Shown: positions 13,132 to 25,495, counted from the first letter of the stretch. The stretch: DNA of 64,000 nt from Octopus sinensis (GCF_006345805.1 NC_043014.1:47616001-47680000); one strand, 5' to 3'. Numbers and translations are program-made. The notes: a model not told the origin generated them from the letters alone.

Positions 13132-13318
13132 GCCGGTGGCACGTAAAAGCACCCACTACACTCTCAGAGTGGTTGGCATTAGGAAGGGCATCCATCTGTA
13201 GAAACTCTGCCAGATCAAGATTGGAGCCTGGTGCAGCCATCTGGTTCGCCAGACCTCAGTCAAATCGTCCAACCCATGCTAACATGGAAAGCAGATGTTA
13301 AACGATGATGATGATGAC
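13132..13318 (+). mobile_element. Retroposon family B, short form
   Basis: Body and GAT tail without tandem modules. Confidence 0.85.
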
Positions 13319-13319
13319 A

Positions 13320-13406
13320 TATATATATATGTATGTATGCATGTATAGGTACACATACATGTGGGTGTATGTATGTATATAATATATATAATAGATATAT
13401 ATATAT

Positions 13407-13450
<44 letters not shown>

Positions 13451-13709
13451 TACATATGTATATATATATATACATAGGTATATATATGCATATATATATA
13501 CATATAATGTGTATATATATATATATATAGATATATATATATATNNNNNNNNNNNNNNNNNNNNNNNNNNNNNNNNNNNNNNNNNNNNNNNNNNNNNNNN
13601 NNNNNNNNNNNNNNNNNNNNNNNNNNNNNNNNNNNNNNNNNNNNATAAACTTACTTGGAAATGGATCCGTAGTGTTCAATCAAATAATAATATAAATAAT
13701 ATATATGTA

Positions 13710-13765
<56 letters not shown>

Positions 13766-14113
13766 TGTATATGTATATATATAATATGTATATATATATA
13801 TATGCATGTATATGTATTATATATATAGATTTACATATATATATGTGTATGTATATATATATATTATTATATATATATATATATATATATAAAGATAAAC
13901 TTACTTGGAATGGATCCGTAGTGTTCAATCAAATAATAATATAAATAATATATATATATGTATATATATATAATATATATATTATATCTATATATATTAT
14001 ATATATATATATATATGTATATATATTATATATATATTTACATATGTATATGTGTATGTATGTACGTATATATATATATATATGTATATATATTATATAT
14101 ATATATATATATA

Positions 14114-14158
<45 letters not shown>

Positions 14159-14213
14159 GTATAATATATGTTATTTTAGATATGTATATATATTATTTAT
14201 ATATATACACATA

Positions 14214-14245
<32 letters not shown>
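13320..14245. repeat. (TA)n-rich low-complexity region spanning an assembly gap
   Basis: Direct reading. Confidence 0.95.
13545..13644. other. Assembly gap (100 N)
   Basis: Run of n. Confidence 1.
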
Positions 14246-15031
14246 AGTGAGCAGACAAACAAATAAAGGGCACTCAACAAATTTATTGGGAGTATGGATC
14301 AAAACAGTTTGATTCAAATTCATTGATACTCTTGAGTTTCAAGTGTGATGCTAGTCTTCAGCCATTTTGAATTTGAATGACGGAAGTGGTTGAGGAAGGT
14401 CATGCAGTGTTGTAGTTTAATGTTGGTATATGAGTAATTGTTAGTTGGAAAATACCGTATGGTTAAAAGGAAACTGATCACGCAGTGGATAGGAAATCAA
14501 CCGCATGGTGGACAGGAAATTGGTTGGGTTGTTGGAGGGGATATAGGAAGGGCGGTGTGTACGAGAATGTAGCCATATATGTGGGTGAGTAGACGTGCTC
14601 ATATGGTTTTGCATGGATGCCTGTATTGATGCAAGTGTGTGCATCCATATATGGGCATGCACATATTCACACACACACACATATATGAATGAACACGCAT
14701 GAATGCACACAAACACATATGCTTGCATACACACATGCATACACATGTATGCTCACACACAAACACACACACATACATGTTCGTTTATTTGTACATATGT
14801 ATATACACACACATGCATGCATATGTACATATAAATGAATATGCATGTGTGTGTGTGTGTGTGTGTGTGCATGTGTATGTATGTGTGCGTTTGCATGCAC
14901 ACGTGTTCATTCAGGATGCAGATTGCATCAAATATCCAGCTGGAGGAGGCATCCTCCTGGAATTAAAAATAGCAGTAACATCAGTTCCTACAGAACAGCC
15001 ATGTTTAAGTGGCAATAAACATTACTTCTCA

Positions 15032-15632
15032 TAAGACAGCATGCTGGCAGAAGCGTTAGCATGTTGGGCGAAATGCTTAGCGGTATTTCGTCTGCCGTTA
15101 CGTTCTGAGTTCAAATTCCGCCGAGGTCGACTTTACCTTTCCCTTTCGGGGTTGATAAAATAAGTACCAATGCGCACTGGGTTGTAATGGTCGCGACCCA
15201 ATCCCTTTGCCTGTTCTGTTTTTTTTCCCCTCTATGTTTAGCCCCTTGTGGGTAGTAAAGAAATAGGTATTTCATCTGCGTTACGTTCTGAGTTCAAATT
15301 CCGCCGAGGTCAACTTTACCTTTCATCCTTTCGGGGTTGATAAAATAAGTACCAGTTGCGCACTGGGGTCGATGTAATCGACCCAATCCCTTTGCCTGTC
15401 CTTGTTTGTCCCCTCTATGTTTAGCCCCTTGTGGGTAGTAAAGAAATAGGTATTTCATCTGCCGTTACGTTCTGAGTTCAAATTCCGCCGAGGTCAACTT
15501 TACCTTTCATCCTTTCGGGGTTGATAAAATAAGTACCAGTTGTGCACTGGGGTCGATGTAATCAACCCAATCCCTTTGCCTGTCCTTGTTTGTCCCCTCT
15601 ATGTTTAGCCCCTTGTGGGCAATAAAGAAATA
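15032..15632 (+). mobile_element. tRNA-derived SINE family D: one head plus three tandem ~184-bp bodies
   Basis: Units start GGTATTTC at 15082, 15266 and 15449; perfect 15-bp TSD AAACATTACTTCTCA (15017-15031 / 15633-15647). Confidence 0.9.
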
Positions 15633-16256
15633 AAACATTACTTCTCAGTATAGTTACAGCTTTCATCGCTTATAGAGATTTTTTCAACTAGTTAATTTAC
15701 CTGATGAGTGTACATATTCTTCAGGTATTCAAACTGTATTTTTAAAAATCACTTGTATCAACTTGGTTACATCAGCAGGCTCAAAGTCCCACATCAATTG
15801 AATCAACCTCAGCGAAAAGTTTTCCAATTTGTGATTCTTTGCAGAAACATAAAGAAAATTACCCTTTGAAGAGAAAGGTGACAGAAGGTGGAAAATGGAT
15901 CATCTATAGCAATAGAAGGGTCAAATGATCAAGAGAAAGTTAAATTCTTGGTTAAATTCAAGGGACATTTATGTATACATGAGGAAAACACACTAACAAA
16001 CACAAATGCTACACACGTAGTACCACCACACATATTCTATTTTCACAAGCACACCAACTTTAAAGATACCCATATTTCTCATAAACTCTTTTCCAGAAAA
16101 CTCTTGCTGACATGCAACAAAACCACCCCCAGAGTTGATGCTTTTGATCCATGCTCAAGTCATTTCATCATCTTTTTTACAGCAACCACAAACCAGATGT
16201 GTCTATTCACCTCTAACAGTAGAGAGCAGTTACCACATTTCATTCCATTAACAACT

Positions 16257-16339
16257 ACCTCTGAAGAGCAAAGGGTTACATAACTGGACTGTTACCTAAC
16301 AGTCTGTTGAACCCCTGGTGAGAAACCAATTGGTAAGAT
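16257..16339 (+). ncRNA. Degenerate type I hammerhead ribozyme motif
   Basis: acct-CTGAAGA-[imperfect helix II with internal hairpin GACTGTTA/TAACAGTC]-GAAAC-CAATTG-GTA-agat. Confidence 0.5.
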
Positions 16340-16382
16340 CGGCCATAATGGATAAATAGTATTACTGTATATTTTGATTAAC

Positions 16383-16620
16383 GTGTGTGTGTGTGTGTGT
16401 CTTTGTGTCTGTGTTTGTCGCCCATCACTACTTGACAACCAGTGCTGGTGTGTTTATATCCCTGTAACTTAGCAGTTTGGCAAAAGAAACCAATAGAATA
16501 AGTACCAGGCTTTAAAAGAATAATTACTGGGGTCGATTCATTCGCCTAAAATTTCTTCCTGCCTATGTCCCAGCATGTTCGTAGTCTAATAAATGAAAAG
16601 AGTAAAATATAAAAGATAAA
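16383..16620 (+). mobile_element. SINE family A, diverged 3' half
   Basis: TTGACAACC.GTGCTGGTGTGTTTA...GAATAAGTAC body. Confidence 0.75.
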
Positions 16621-16648
16621 CGATATACTCCCTTCTATTTAATGAGGA

Positions 16649-17436
16649 CACAAGATGGGTGCTAAAAAGTTCCTGGCTTGGGGTAAAAGTAAACTCAGGA
16701 GGATCAGTTACTCTTCACTCTTTTACTCTTTTACTTGTTTCAGTCATTTGACTGCGGCCATGCTGGAGCACCGCCTTTTTTAATCGAGCAACTCGAACCC
16801 GGGACTTATTCTTTTTTAAGCCCAGTACTTATTCTATCGGTCTCTTTTGCCGAACCGCTAAGTGACGGGGACATAAACACACCAGCATCGGTTGTCAAGC
16901 AATGCTAGGGGGACAAACACAGACACACAAACACACGCACGCATATATATATATTTATATTTCCTGAGCGCCATACTAATACAATTGTTTGTTTGTATTC
17001 CACCTGCCTTCGTCTTTTGTTTATTTCCGTAAACCTGCCTTCATCTTTTGTCTATTTTCATAAAGCTTCCCGTTATATATATATATATATACATATATAC
17101 GACGGGCTTCTTTCAGTTTCCGTCTACCAAATCCACTCACAAGGCATTGGTCGGCCCGAGGCTATAGTAGAAGACACTTGCCCAAGGTGCCACGCAGTGG
17201 GACTGAACCCGGAACCATGTGGTTGGTAAACAAGCTACTTACCACACAGCCACTCCTGCGCCTAGTTAATTATGATTTTATTCAACATATTCCCCCTCTC
17301 AGATTCACACACTGCAGCAGCCCTTCAGTTTTTCTAAACCCTATAAAAGAACTCAGAAGGTTGGACCTCCAGCCAGGCCTTTCATGAGACCCTTTAAATA
17401 CCCTTTAAAGCCAGGAATTTATCAGCACCCCTCATA
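16649..17436. mobile_element. Mariner-like non-autonomous element with a nested SINE
   Basis: TIRs GGGTGCTAAAAAGTTCCTGGCTT and the reverse complement of 17407-17436 match at 20/23 positions. Confidence 0.65.
16709..17262 (-). mobile_element. SINE family A, full length
   Basis: tRNA-like head GGCGCAGGAGTGGCTGTGTGG, internal TA/CA microsatellite, (AAAGAGT)n tail. Confidence 0.9.
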
Positions 17437-17490
17437 TGAGTGTTTGTGAATGTCTGTATATGAATGTACTTGTACATTGCTGGTTTTGTT

Positions 17491-17597
17491 CATTATTTAC
17501 ATTACTTACATTTGACAGATATTTGTCCTCGTCTTGTTTGTTGTTAATACAACATTTCGGCTGATATACCCTCCAGCCTTCATCAGGTGTCTTGGGG
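17491..17597 (-). ncRNA. Inverted duplicate of the hammerhead-bearing tail of the adjacent element
   Basis: Minus strand: ACAC-CTGATGA-A-GGCTG-GAGGGTATAT-CAGCC-GAAA-T-GTT-GTAT. Confidence 0.75.
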
Positions 17598-17684
17598 CAT
17601 ATGGCATAGTGGTTAAGAGTGTGGGCTACTAACCCCGAGATTCCGAGTTCGATTCCAAGCAGTGACCTGAATAAAAATAAAAAT

Positions 17685-17738
<54 letters not shown>

Positions 17739-17763
17739 TATAGTAATAATAATAGTAATAACA

Positions 17764-17818
<55 letters not shown>

Positions 17819-17904
17819 TAATAATAATAAGAAGAAGAAGAAGAAGAAGAAGAAGAAACAAATAAATAGAAGAGTGCCATATCATGTGAAATTCGTTGAA
17901 CGAT

Positions 17905-17949
<45 letters not shown>

Positions 17950-18190
17950 TATTATTATTATTATTATCCTTATTATTATTATTATTATAACAACATCGAA
18001 AAATACCTTAGGAATGAGAACCCAGGTTCGAAATTTCACCAAGACACTTGATGAAGGCTGGAGGGTATATCAGCCAAGACGTGTTAACAACAAACAAGAT
18101 GAAGACAAATATCCGTCAAATGTAAACAATGTAAATAATGTAAATAATGTAAATAATGTACATAATTCCTCATCTCTTAAATATAGAACT
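17596..18190 (+). mobile_element. tRNA-headed SINE-like unit with an expanded (AAT)n middle and a hammerhead-derived tail
   Basis: A box TGGCATAGTGG 17602-17612; B box GAGTTCGATTCC 17645-17656; decayed hammerhead 18044-18085 (TTGATGA...GGCTG/CAGCC...AAGAC); (AATGTAAAT)n tail. Confidence 0.65.
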
Positions 18191-18647
18191 GGTTTTGTTG
18201 TTTCTCCCCAGGCCACCTCTGTTTCAACACACCTGTGAGTAAAAGCATTCAAAAAATTATGAGGCATGTTCTGTTCTAAGATGAAAGGGTGTGATTTGAG
18301 GGTTACTTATTTGCCTTTTTCAGGATATCGAATGACCATGCCAAGTCATGGTGTATTTACGCTTGTGTGGTGTAGATGCGCAAGTGTGTGTGCACGTGTA
18401 TGATTGTGTGCACGTGTATGATTGTGTGCGGTGTGAAAGTGTTATCTATATGCAAAAGAAAGGAGTGATAAAGACAAGGCAGGCAGCGGAAGTCAATAGG
18501 AAAGACTTGAAGTTTCTCAGGCTGTAATGTTGCTATTGTTGACTGTTGTAATGTTGCCACTACACAACAACGTGACATATCCAAAAACCACAATGATAGT
18601 AACAAAGACAAGAGCATTTGTAAATAATAATAATGAAAATAATCATC

Positions 18648-18712
18648 ACCATCATCATCGTTTAACGTCCGTTCTCCATGCTAGCATGGGTTGGACGGTT
18701 CAACCAGGGATC
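18648..18712 (-). mobile_element. Retroposon family B, 3' end only
   Basis: CATCATCGTTTAACGTCCG...; ends just before a SINE A copy. Confidence 0.75.
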
Positions 18713-18718
18713 TGTCAA

Positions 18719-18883
18719 CAGGAGTGGCTGTGTGGTAAGTAGCTTGCTAACCAACCACATGGTTCCGGGTTCAGTCCCACTGTGTGGCATCTTGGGCAAG
18801 TGTCTTCTGCTATAGCCCCGGGCCAACCAATGCCTTGTGAGTAGATTTGGTAGACGGAAACTGAAAGAAGCCTGTCGTATATA

Positions 18884-18945
<62 letters not shown>

Positions 18946-19171
18946 GCGTGTGTATGTTTGTGTGTCTGTGTTTGTCCCCTTAGCATTGCTTGACAACCGA
19001 TGCTGGTGTGTTTACGTCCCCGTCACTTAGCGGTTCGGCAAAAAGAGACCGATAGAATAAGTACTAGGATTACAAAAGAATAAGTCCCGGGGTCGAGTTG
19101 TTCGATTAAAAGGCGGTGCTCCAGCATGGCCACAGTCAAATGACTGAAACAAGTAAAAGAGTAAAAGAGTA
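18719..19171 (+). mobile_element. SINE family A, full length
   Basis: Head, body and AAAGAGT tail. Confidence 0.9.
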
Positions 19172-19372
19172 ATTGCTTACAGTGTGGTACAGTTCTGGAG
19201 TGGATTATGGAGAGAAAGACATTTTCGCCATCTCTAAACATCTGTCACTCTCTTCTGCCACTTTCCTCTCACATCTTATTAAATTACTCATTCTTTCCCT
19301 TCGCCACTGATCCATTATCTATTTTCTCCCTTATACTCACCTTCTAGTTCAATTTTGTTGAAATTTTATTCA

Positions 19373-19493
19373 CATTAAATAAGTACCAGTTACGCACTGG
19401 GGGGGGGGGGGGGTCGATGTAATCGACTTAATCCCTTTGTCTGTCCTTGTTTGTCCCCTCTGTGTTTAGCCCCTTGTGGGTAGTAAAGAAATA
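19373..19493 (+). mobile_element. SINE family D, 3' half
   Basis: TAAGTACCAGTTACGCACTGG...GTAGTAAAGAAATA. Confidence 0.8.
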
Positions 19494-19495
19494 GG

Positions 19496-19511
19496 AACTG
19501 AAAGAAGCTCA

Positions 19512-19553
<42 letters not shown>

Positions 19554-19773
19554 GTGTCTATGTTTGTCCCCCACCATCACTTGACAACCGATGTTTGTGT
19601 GCTTACATACCTGTAACTTAGTGGTTCAGCAAAAGAGATCAATGGAATAATGCCATGTTTTTAAAAAAAATAAAAATCAGTACTGGGGTTGATTCGTTCA
19701 ACTAAAAAAAAAATTCCCAAAGTCAGTGCTCCAGTATGACCACAGTCTATTGACTGACACAAGTAAAAGAAGA
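19496..19773 (+). mobile_element. SINE family A, 5'-truncated diverged copy
   Basis: Body match. Confidence 0.7.
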
Positions 19774-19794
19774 GATTATATAAAAAGCATAAGT

Positions 19795-19995
19795 CTGGTG
19801 CAGGCTTCAGCCTGGCCGGCTCTTGTGGTACCATTCCACCCATGCTAGCATGGAACACAGACATCAAATGATGATGACAACGACGACGATGACGACGATT
19901 ATGATGATGATGATGATGATGATGCTGATGATGATGATGATGATGATGATGCTGATGATGACGACGATTATGATGATGATGATGATGATGATGAC

Positions 19996-20030
<35 letters not shown>

Positions 20031-20040
20031 CGACGATGAC

Positions 20041-20075
<35 letters not shown>

Positions 20076-20085
20076 CGACGATGAC

Positions 20086-20125
<40 letters not shown>

Positions 20126-20398
20126 GCAATGAGGATGATGACGATGATGATGATGATGATGACGACGATGACGATGATGATGATGATGATGATGATGATG
20201 ACGACGACGACGACAACGATGACGATGATGATGATGATGATGATGACGACGATGATGATGATGATGATGATGACGACGATGACGATGATGATGATGATGA
20301 TGATGACGATGACGACGATGACGACGACGATGACGATGATGATGATGATGATGATGATGACGATGATGATGATGATGATGATGATGACGACAACGATT

Positions 20399-20432
<34 letters not shown>

Positions 20433-20502
20433 CGATGACGATGATGATGACGACGACGATTATGATGCTGATGATGATGATGATGATGACGACGATGACG
20501 AC

Positions 20503-20534
<32 letters not shown>

Positions 20535-20542
20535 CGACGATT

Positions 20543-20585
<43 letters not shown>

Positions 20586-20639
20586 CGATGACGACGACGA
20601 CGACAACGACGACGATGACGATGATGATGATGATGATGA
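19795..20639 (+). repeat. Family B 3' end followed by a ~770-bp (GAT/GAC)n array
   Basis: Direct reading. Confidence 0.9.
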
Positions 20640-21127
20640 ATGGTGAAACATCCTGAAACTACAGCATTCACTCCTTTCTTTCAAAAAATGGGCGGTTTCC
20701 GAGTATAAAGGAAATTTTGCCCTTATTCCCATATATATATAAGTTTCTGTGTCAAAAAGGACAATAAGGAAACAGTTAGTCAATGAAACTGGGAGGGTTG
20801 CTATTATAGAAGTATTGATGGACCACACGAAAATAATAAACAAGAAAAGAATGGGAAAGTATAGAAAGAATAAAATGAATGCAATATAATCTTTGTCAGT
20901 TGCTTGTCTGTCGAGGTTTTATATTCAAATGGGTTTCCCTTCTCAGGTTTTCTATCAATTTGGAATGTGTCTTTCTTTTTCATTCCCACTGGATAAAGGG
21001 TATTTATGGCTACCTGTGTTGTAATATACAATGTAAGACAAACAATAACATTCTCCCTTCTCAGTCTCATATGGTAACTCACAATGTGTGTTTGTGTGTG
21101 TGTAGACGTATATATATATATATACAC

Positions 21128-21166
<39 letters not shown>

Positions 21167-21188
21167 ATATATATATATATATAAGTAT

Positions 21189-21260
<72 letters not shown>

Positions 21261-21534
21261 CACACACACATATACATATATGTATGTATGTATGTATATA
21301 TATATACATGTGTGTATATACACATGCACACACGCACACACACACCTACATATTTATATACACATACATAAATACATATTTCCAAGCAAAGTAAGGCTTC
21401 CCGGTGGCCCATGGCTGAACATGTGAATGTGTTTACGTAGAGGATTCAAAACAAGCAACCTCATTTCTATGATGGTGACACTTGCTTAAACTACCATATT
21501 ATGTCAAAGCAAGGACACACACACATACATACCA

Positions 21535-21903
21535 TGCCGGTGGCACGTAAAAAGCACCATCCGATCGTGGCCATTGCCAGCCTCGCCTGGCCTCCGTGCC
21601 GGTGAACATAAAAAGTACCATCCGATCGTGGCCGTTTGCCAGCCTCGCCTGGCCTCCGTGCCGGTGGAACGTAAAAAGTACCATCCGATCATGGCCGTTT
21701 GCCAGCTTCGTCTGGCATGTAAAAAGCAAACACTACACTCATGGAGTGATCGGCATTAGGAAGGGCATCCAGCTGTAGAAACATTGCCAGATCAGACTGG
21801 GCCTGGTGCAGCCTTCTGGCTTCCCAGACCCCAGTTGCACCGTCCAACCCATGCCAGCAAGGAAAGCGGACGCTAAACGATGATGATGATGATGATGATG
21901 ATG
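21535..21903 (+). mobile_element. Retroposon family B with tandem modules
   Basis: Three to four ~60-bp modules, body and GAT tail. Confidence 0.85.
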
Positions 21904-21924
21904 ATATATATATATATATATATA

Positions 21925-22580
21925 CAGGGGTTGGACAAAATAAAGGAAACACCTTAAAATTTCAAACAAACTTAATTTAGTATGGGGTAGGACCACCTTT
22001 GGCAGTAATTGCAACTTGAATTCTACAAGGTATGAAACTCATACAAAGTTTGAATTGTTTCCAAGTCTGGGTCAAATGCTTCTTTTGGCTGTCTCCACAC
22101 ATATACTCAGCCAGTGGTCAGAAATAAGGCAAAGGATGACTCGTCTGAGAAAATAACATTCTTCCACTGCTCTAGGGACCAATTCTGTAGGTTTTTACTC
22201 CACTCTAAACAGTTTGCAACATTTGTTTTTGAAGGTAGTGGTTTTCTGATTGCAGCCCTCTCGTGAAATCCAGCTTTGTGCAGCTCCCAGCAAACAGTTT
22301 TTGTGGAAACTGGGTTCTTGAGGTGGTCATTAAGCTCTGCAGTAATTTTGGGAGCTGTACTTTTGTGATCCTTTCACATAAGAGTCCGACGGTCCCTATC
22401 TGAAAATTTTGGTTTTCTTCCGGAGTTTTGTTTCAACAAGGAGATTTTTCCCTCTTTCTCAAAGGCTGTCATTACTTTTGAGACAGTATTTCTTGATACA
22501 CCAAGCATTTCGGCTGTTTTCATTATGCTAGCACCTGCCATACAAGCACCAATAATTTGGTCTCTTTGAAAGTCCGATTA
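21925..22580 (-). mobile_element. Internally deleted Tc1-like transposon, same family as 29222-30455
   Basis: TA|CAGGGGTTGGACAAAATAA TIR; transposase N-terminal half aligns with 29.8-30.26 kb. Confidence 0.85.
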
Positions 22581-22800
22581 AACAAGGGTTAAACAAGAAT
22601 ATTGTTGACAATGACTTCACAGTTTCAGCCAGTTAATCCATCATTGGACTGCAATGTATTAGAGCTAATCCTGGCTTTATATAGTCTCTGCTGAGTTAAA
22701 GTCTTCCTTGGGTATGTGGGTTTGGGTAGAGTGGTAATTAGGTTTTAGGGTGAGTTGTTATAAAGGGCTGTTTTAAATTTGGAGTTATGTTACTTATCCT

Positions 22801-23007
22801 TCTATTCTTTTACTTGTTTCAGTTATTTGACTGCAGCCATGCTGGAGCACTACCTTTAGTTGAACAAATCAACCCCAGGACTTATTCTTTGTAAGTCTAG
22901 TACTTATTCTATCAGTCTTTTTCGCCAAACTGCTAAGTTACAGGAATGTAAACACACTAACATCTGTTGTCAAGCAATGGAGGTGGGACAAATACAGACA
23001 CACAAAC

Positions 23008-23045
<38 letters not shown>
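22801..23045 (-). mobile_element. SINE family A, 3' half
   Basis: Body match. Confidence 0.8.
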
Positions 23046-23050
<5 letters not shown>

Positions 23051-23687
23051 TGAAATGCGTTTGGACCACTTGGATAGCTTTCAAGGCCACTACATCCCAT
23101 CGGATTGGCTCCAAAATTTACAGGGACATGTAAAATGAGGTGACGATGCCCATGGGCTACGTTAGAAATCCCTATCTTAAAAGGTGTCGTTGCTAGGGCC
23201 AAAAGCCCACTTTGACAAGTCCACTCCCATTCTTTAATGTATCTGTCTTCCTCACTCACGCTATTTCCTCCATTCCCCTCTAACTCCCCTTCACTTTCCC
23301 TTTATAAGTTCGTCACACGGCATTTTTTATCTCGCTGTCTGCATTCATAGAGAGAATTATCATCGCCACAACAACACACAATCATGAGAACAAATATTAT
23401 GAATCAGATATTTCTTGCGTTCATTTATATATGTGTGTGTGTGTGTGTGTTCTATATATAAATATGTATATATAATGTATATATACAAAGTGTATATATC
23501 TGTATTTATGTATATTAAACTTTTTAATACTTTTTGATAGTTATATATATTTTAAAACAAATTATAAATATAATTTAATAATTTTTATTTTAAATTTAAA
23601 TAATTTAAATTTTTCAATTTTATATTTTCTATATTTTCTATATTATATTTTTATTTTTATGTTTTTGTCTTTGGTTTTTCACTGTTT

Positions 23688-23723
23688 GATTTGCCTATTA
23701 GTGGTTTTATCTCTAATTTAATT
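23688..23723 (-). repeat. Third copy of the terminal motif of the 55.9-56.3 kb Penelope-like unit
   Basis: GATTTGCCTATTAGTGGTTTTATCTCTAATTTAAT next to (TA)n. Confidence 0.7.
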
Positions 23724-23920
23724 TATACATATATATATATATAATTTGTATACATTTGTATATATAATGCGTGCACACACACACACACACACATATATAT
23801 ACATATATATATATATATAATGTGTGCATTATGTGGTCGGTCGGTTCAGCTGAAAATATGCACACCTATGTTAAAAGTGCTGGCAAGTTTGCATGACAAC
23901 TATTTTTTTCCTCAAATGAA

Positions 23921-24080
23921 ACCGATCGTTGCCGCTCCGAGCCCCCCCTGGCACCTGTGCCGGCAGCACGAAAAAGCACCCACTACACTCACAGAGTGGT
24001 TGGCGTTAGGAAGGTCATCCACCTGTAGAAACACTGCCAGATCAGACTGGAGCCTGGTGCAGCCTCCTGGCTTCCCAGAC
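23921..24080 (+). mobile_element. Retroposon family B, partial
   Basis: Body match. Confidence 0.75.
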
Positions 24081-24447
24081 TTTTGGTTTTATTAGATTTA
24101 ATCCTTTGCTTTGATACTGTAATGGTCAAAGGTACAAAGTCCAATATTAAAGACTTTAATAATCAGGTGTGTCAACATTTTTTGTAATGGAATTTTTTAC
24201 AGGTTCACAAAAGAATATAAGTAGGCGGTATATTTTAGTTGATCAGTTTCTTTACTTGTTGTAGTTGTTATGTAGTATATTTCCTATTTTTATTTGGAGG
24301 ATTGTGGTTATTAATCAGGTATATCATGGTGTTGTTAGTATAGAAAAATGTTCCCCTTATGCTTTCATGTTCACAGAAGGATTTGGTTAGATGCAGAGGT
24401 CGTTGGTCAGCATGTCTCTCTCCAGAAGTTCGTTGTTTTATAAGCAA

Positions 24448-24964
24448 CTAGCAGTATCGCCCGGCGTTGCTCGGGTTTGTAAGGGAAATAACTATATAAG
24501 CATTTTTAGAGAGTTACTTCCCTTATAGATGCCAATTTGGGCTTTCTTAGCCATTTCTGTTTTGGTGTCTTCAAGCCATGAAGTCGTTGTTCTAAAAGAA
24601 CGCTGGTCTCCTTGACAACGCTTTACGACGTTAATTTCCTTACACTCCCTTCCCCACAGCTTCACGAGGGAGGGAAGAAGGGGGAGAAGCAAACACAGGT
24701 GCAGGTGTTTGACCATGGACGCCAACTCCGCCGCCATCGGCACACGAAAAATTATGCATTAAAATGGAATAAAAAATTATGTTAAATTATTTTTAAAATC
24801 GTAGACTCATCGTAGACGCGCGCTAATACTCAGACGGGCTCGATATGAATCACGACTATAAGATACCCGAATTTGGTTAAACTGCACCGCAAAATGTGGG
24901 AGTAGTTAGGAATCTAAATCGAAGGGGACAGACACTCACACAACTACAGTTTTATATATATAGA
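24448..24964 (-). mobile_element. Non-autonomous Helitron-like element, long subfamily
   Basis: Minus strand A|TC...CTAG|T with subterminal hairpin CCCGAGCAACGCCGGG; about 97% identical by eye to 58188-58700. Confidence 0.85.
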
Positions 24965-25244
24965 TTTGATTAGTACATAGAGGTTTTAATCCTTACATTT
25001 TATTGAGGTAGAGTTTGTTTACTGCGTGCCAATCAATATTTCTTCAATTCTGTTTCAGATGTGGGTATTTTATAATATATTAATTAAGGCCTCTGGATAT
25101 ATCTGAAAGTAGGGCATTACAAAGGAGGTGTTTCATAAAGATGTTTGACGAAAATGTCTGATGAAAATGTTTCTAAACATATTAGATGAAAATGTTTGAT
25201 GAAAATACTTGTTGAATATGTTTGATGAAAAGGTTTGGTGAATG

Positions 25245-25495
25245 TTGAAGATTTCTAGCTCCCCTTCCTCCCCTTCACCGTCTCAAATCCCCCTCCCTGG
25301 AATGTTGAAGATTTCTACCTCCCCTTCACCCTCTCAAATCCCCCTCTCTGATATGTTGAAGGAAGGGGAGGTAGAAATCTTCAACATTCCAGAGAGGGGG
25401 ATTTGAGAGAGTGAAGGGGAGGTAGAAATCTTCAACATTCCAGAGAGGGGGGTTTGAGAGAGTGAAGGAGAGGAAGGGGAGGTAGAAATCTTCAA
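25245..25495. repeat. Foldback inverted repeat built from ~50-bp tandem modules
   Basis: 25245-25361 is nearly the reverse complement of 25382-25495. Confidence 0.85.

Noticed and set aside
13645-13950. ~55-bp unique sequence duplicated next to the N gap
   Set aside because: Adjacent to a gap in TA-rich DNA; likely an assembly overlap artefact
15888-16283. 131-aa ORF upstream of the decayed hammerhead
   Set aside because: No recognisable homology or start context
17596-17669. tRNA-like sequences here and in the SINE A, C and D heads as tRNA genes
   Set aside because: Imperfect cloverleaf, and they run directly into repeat bodies
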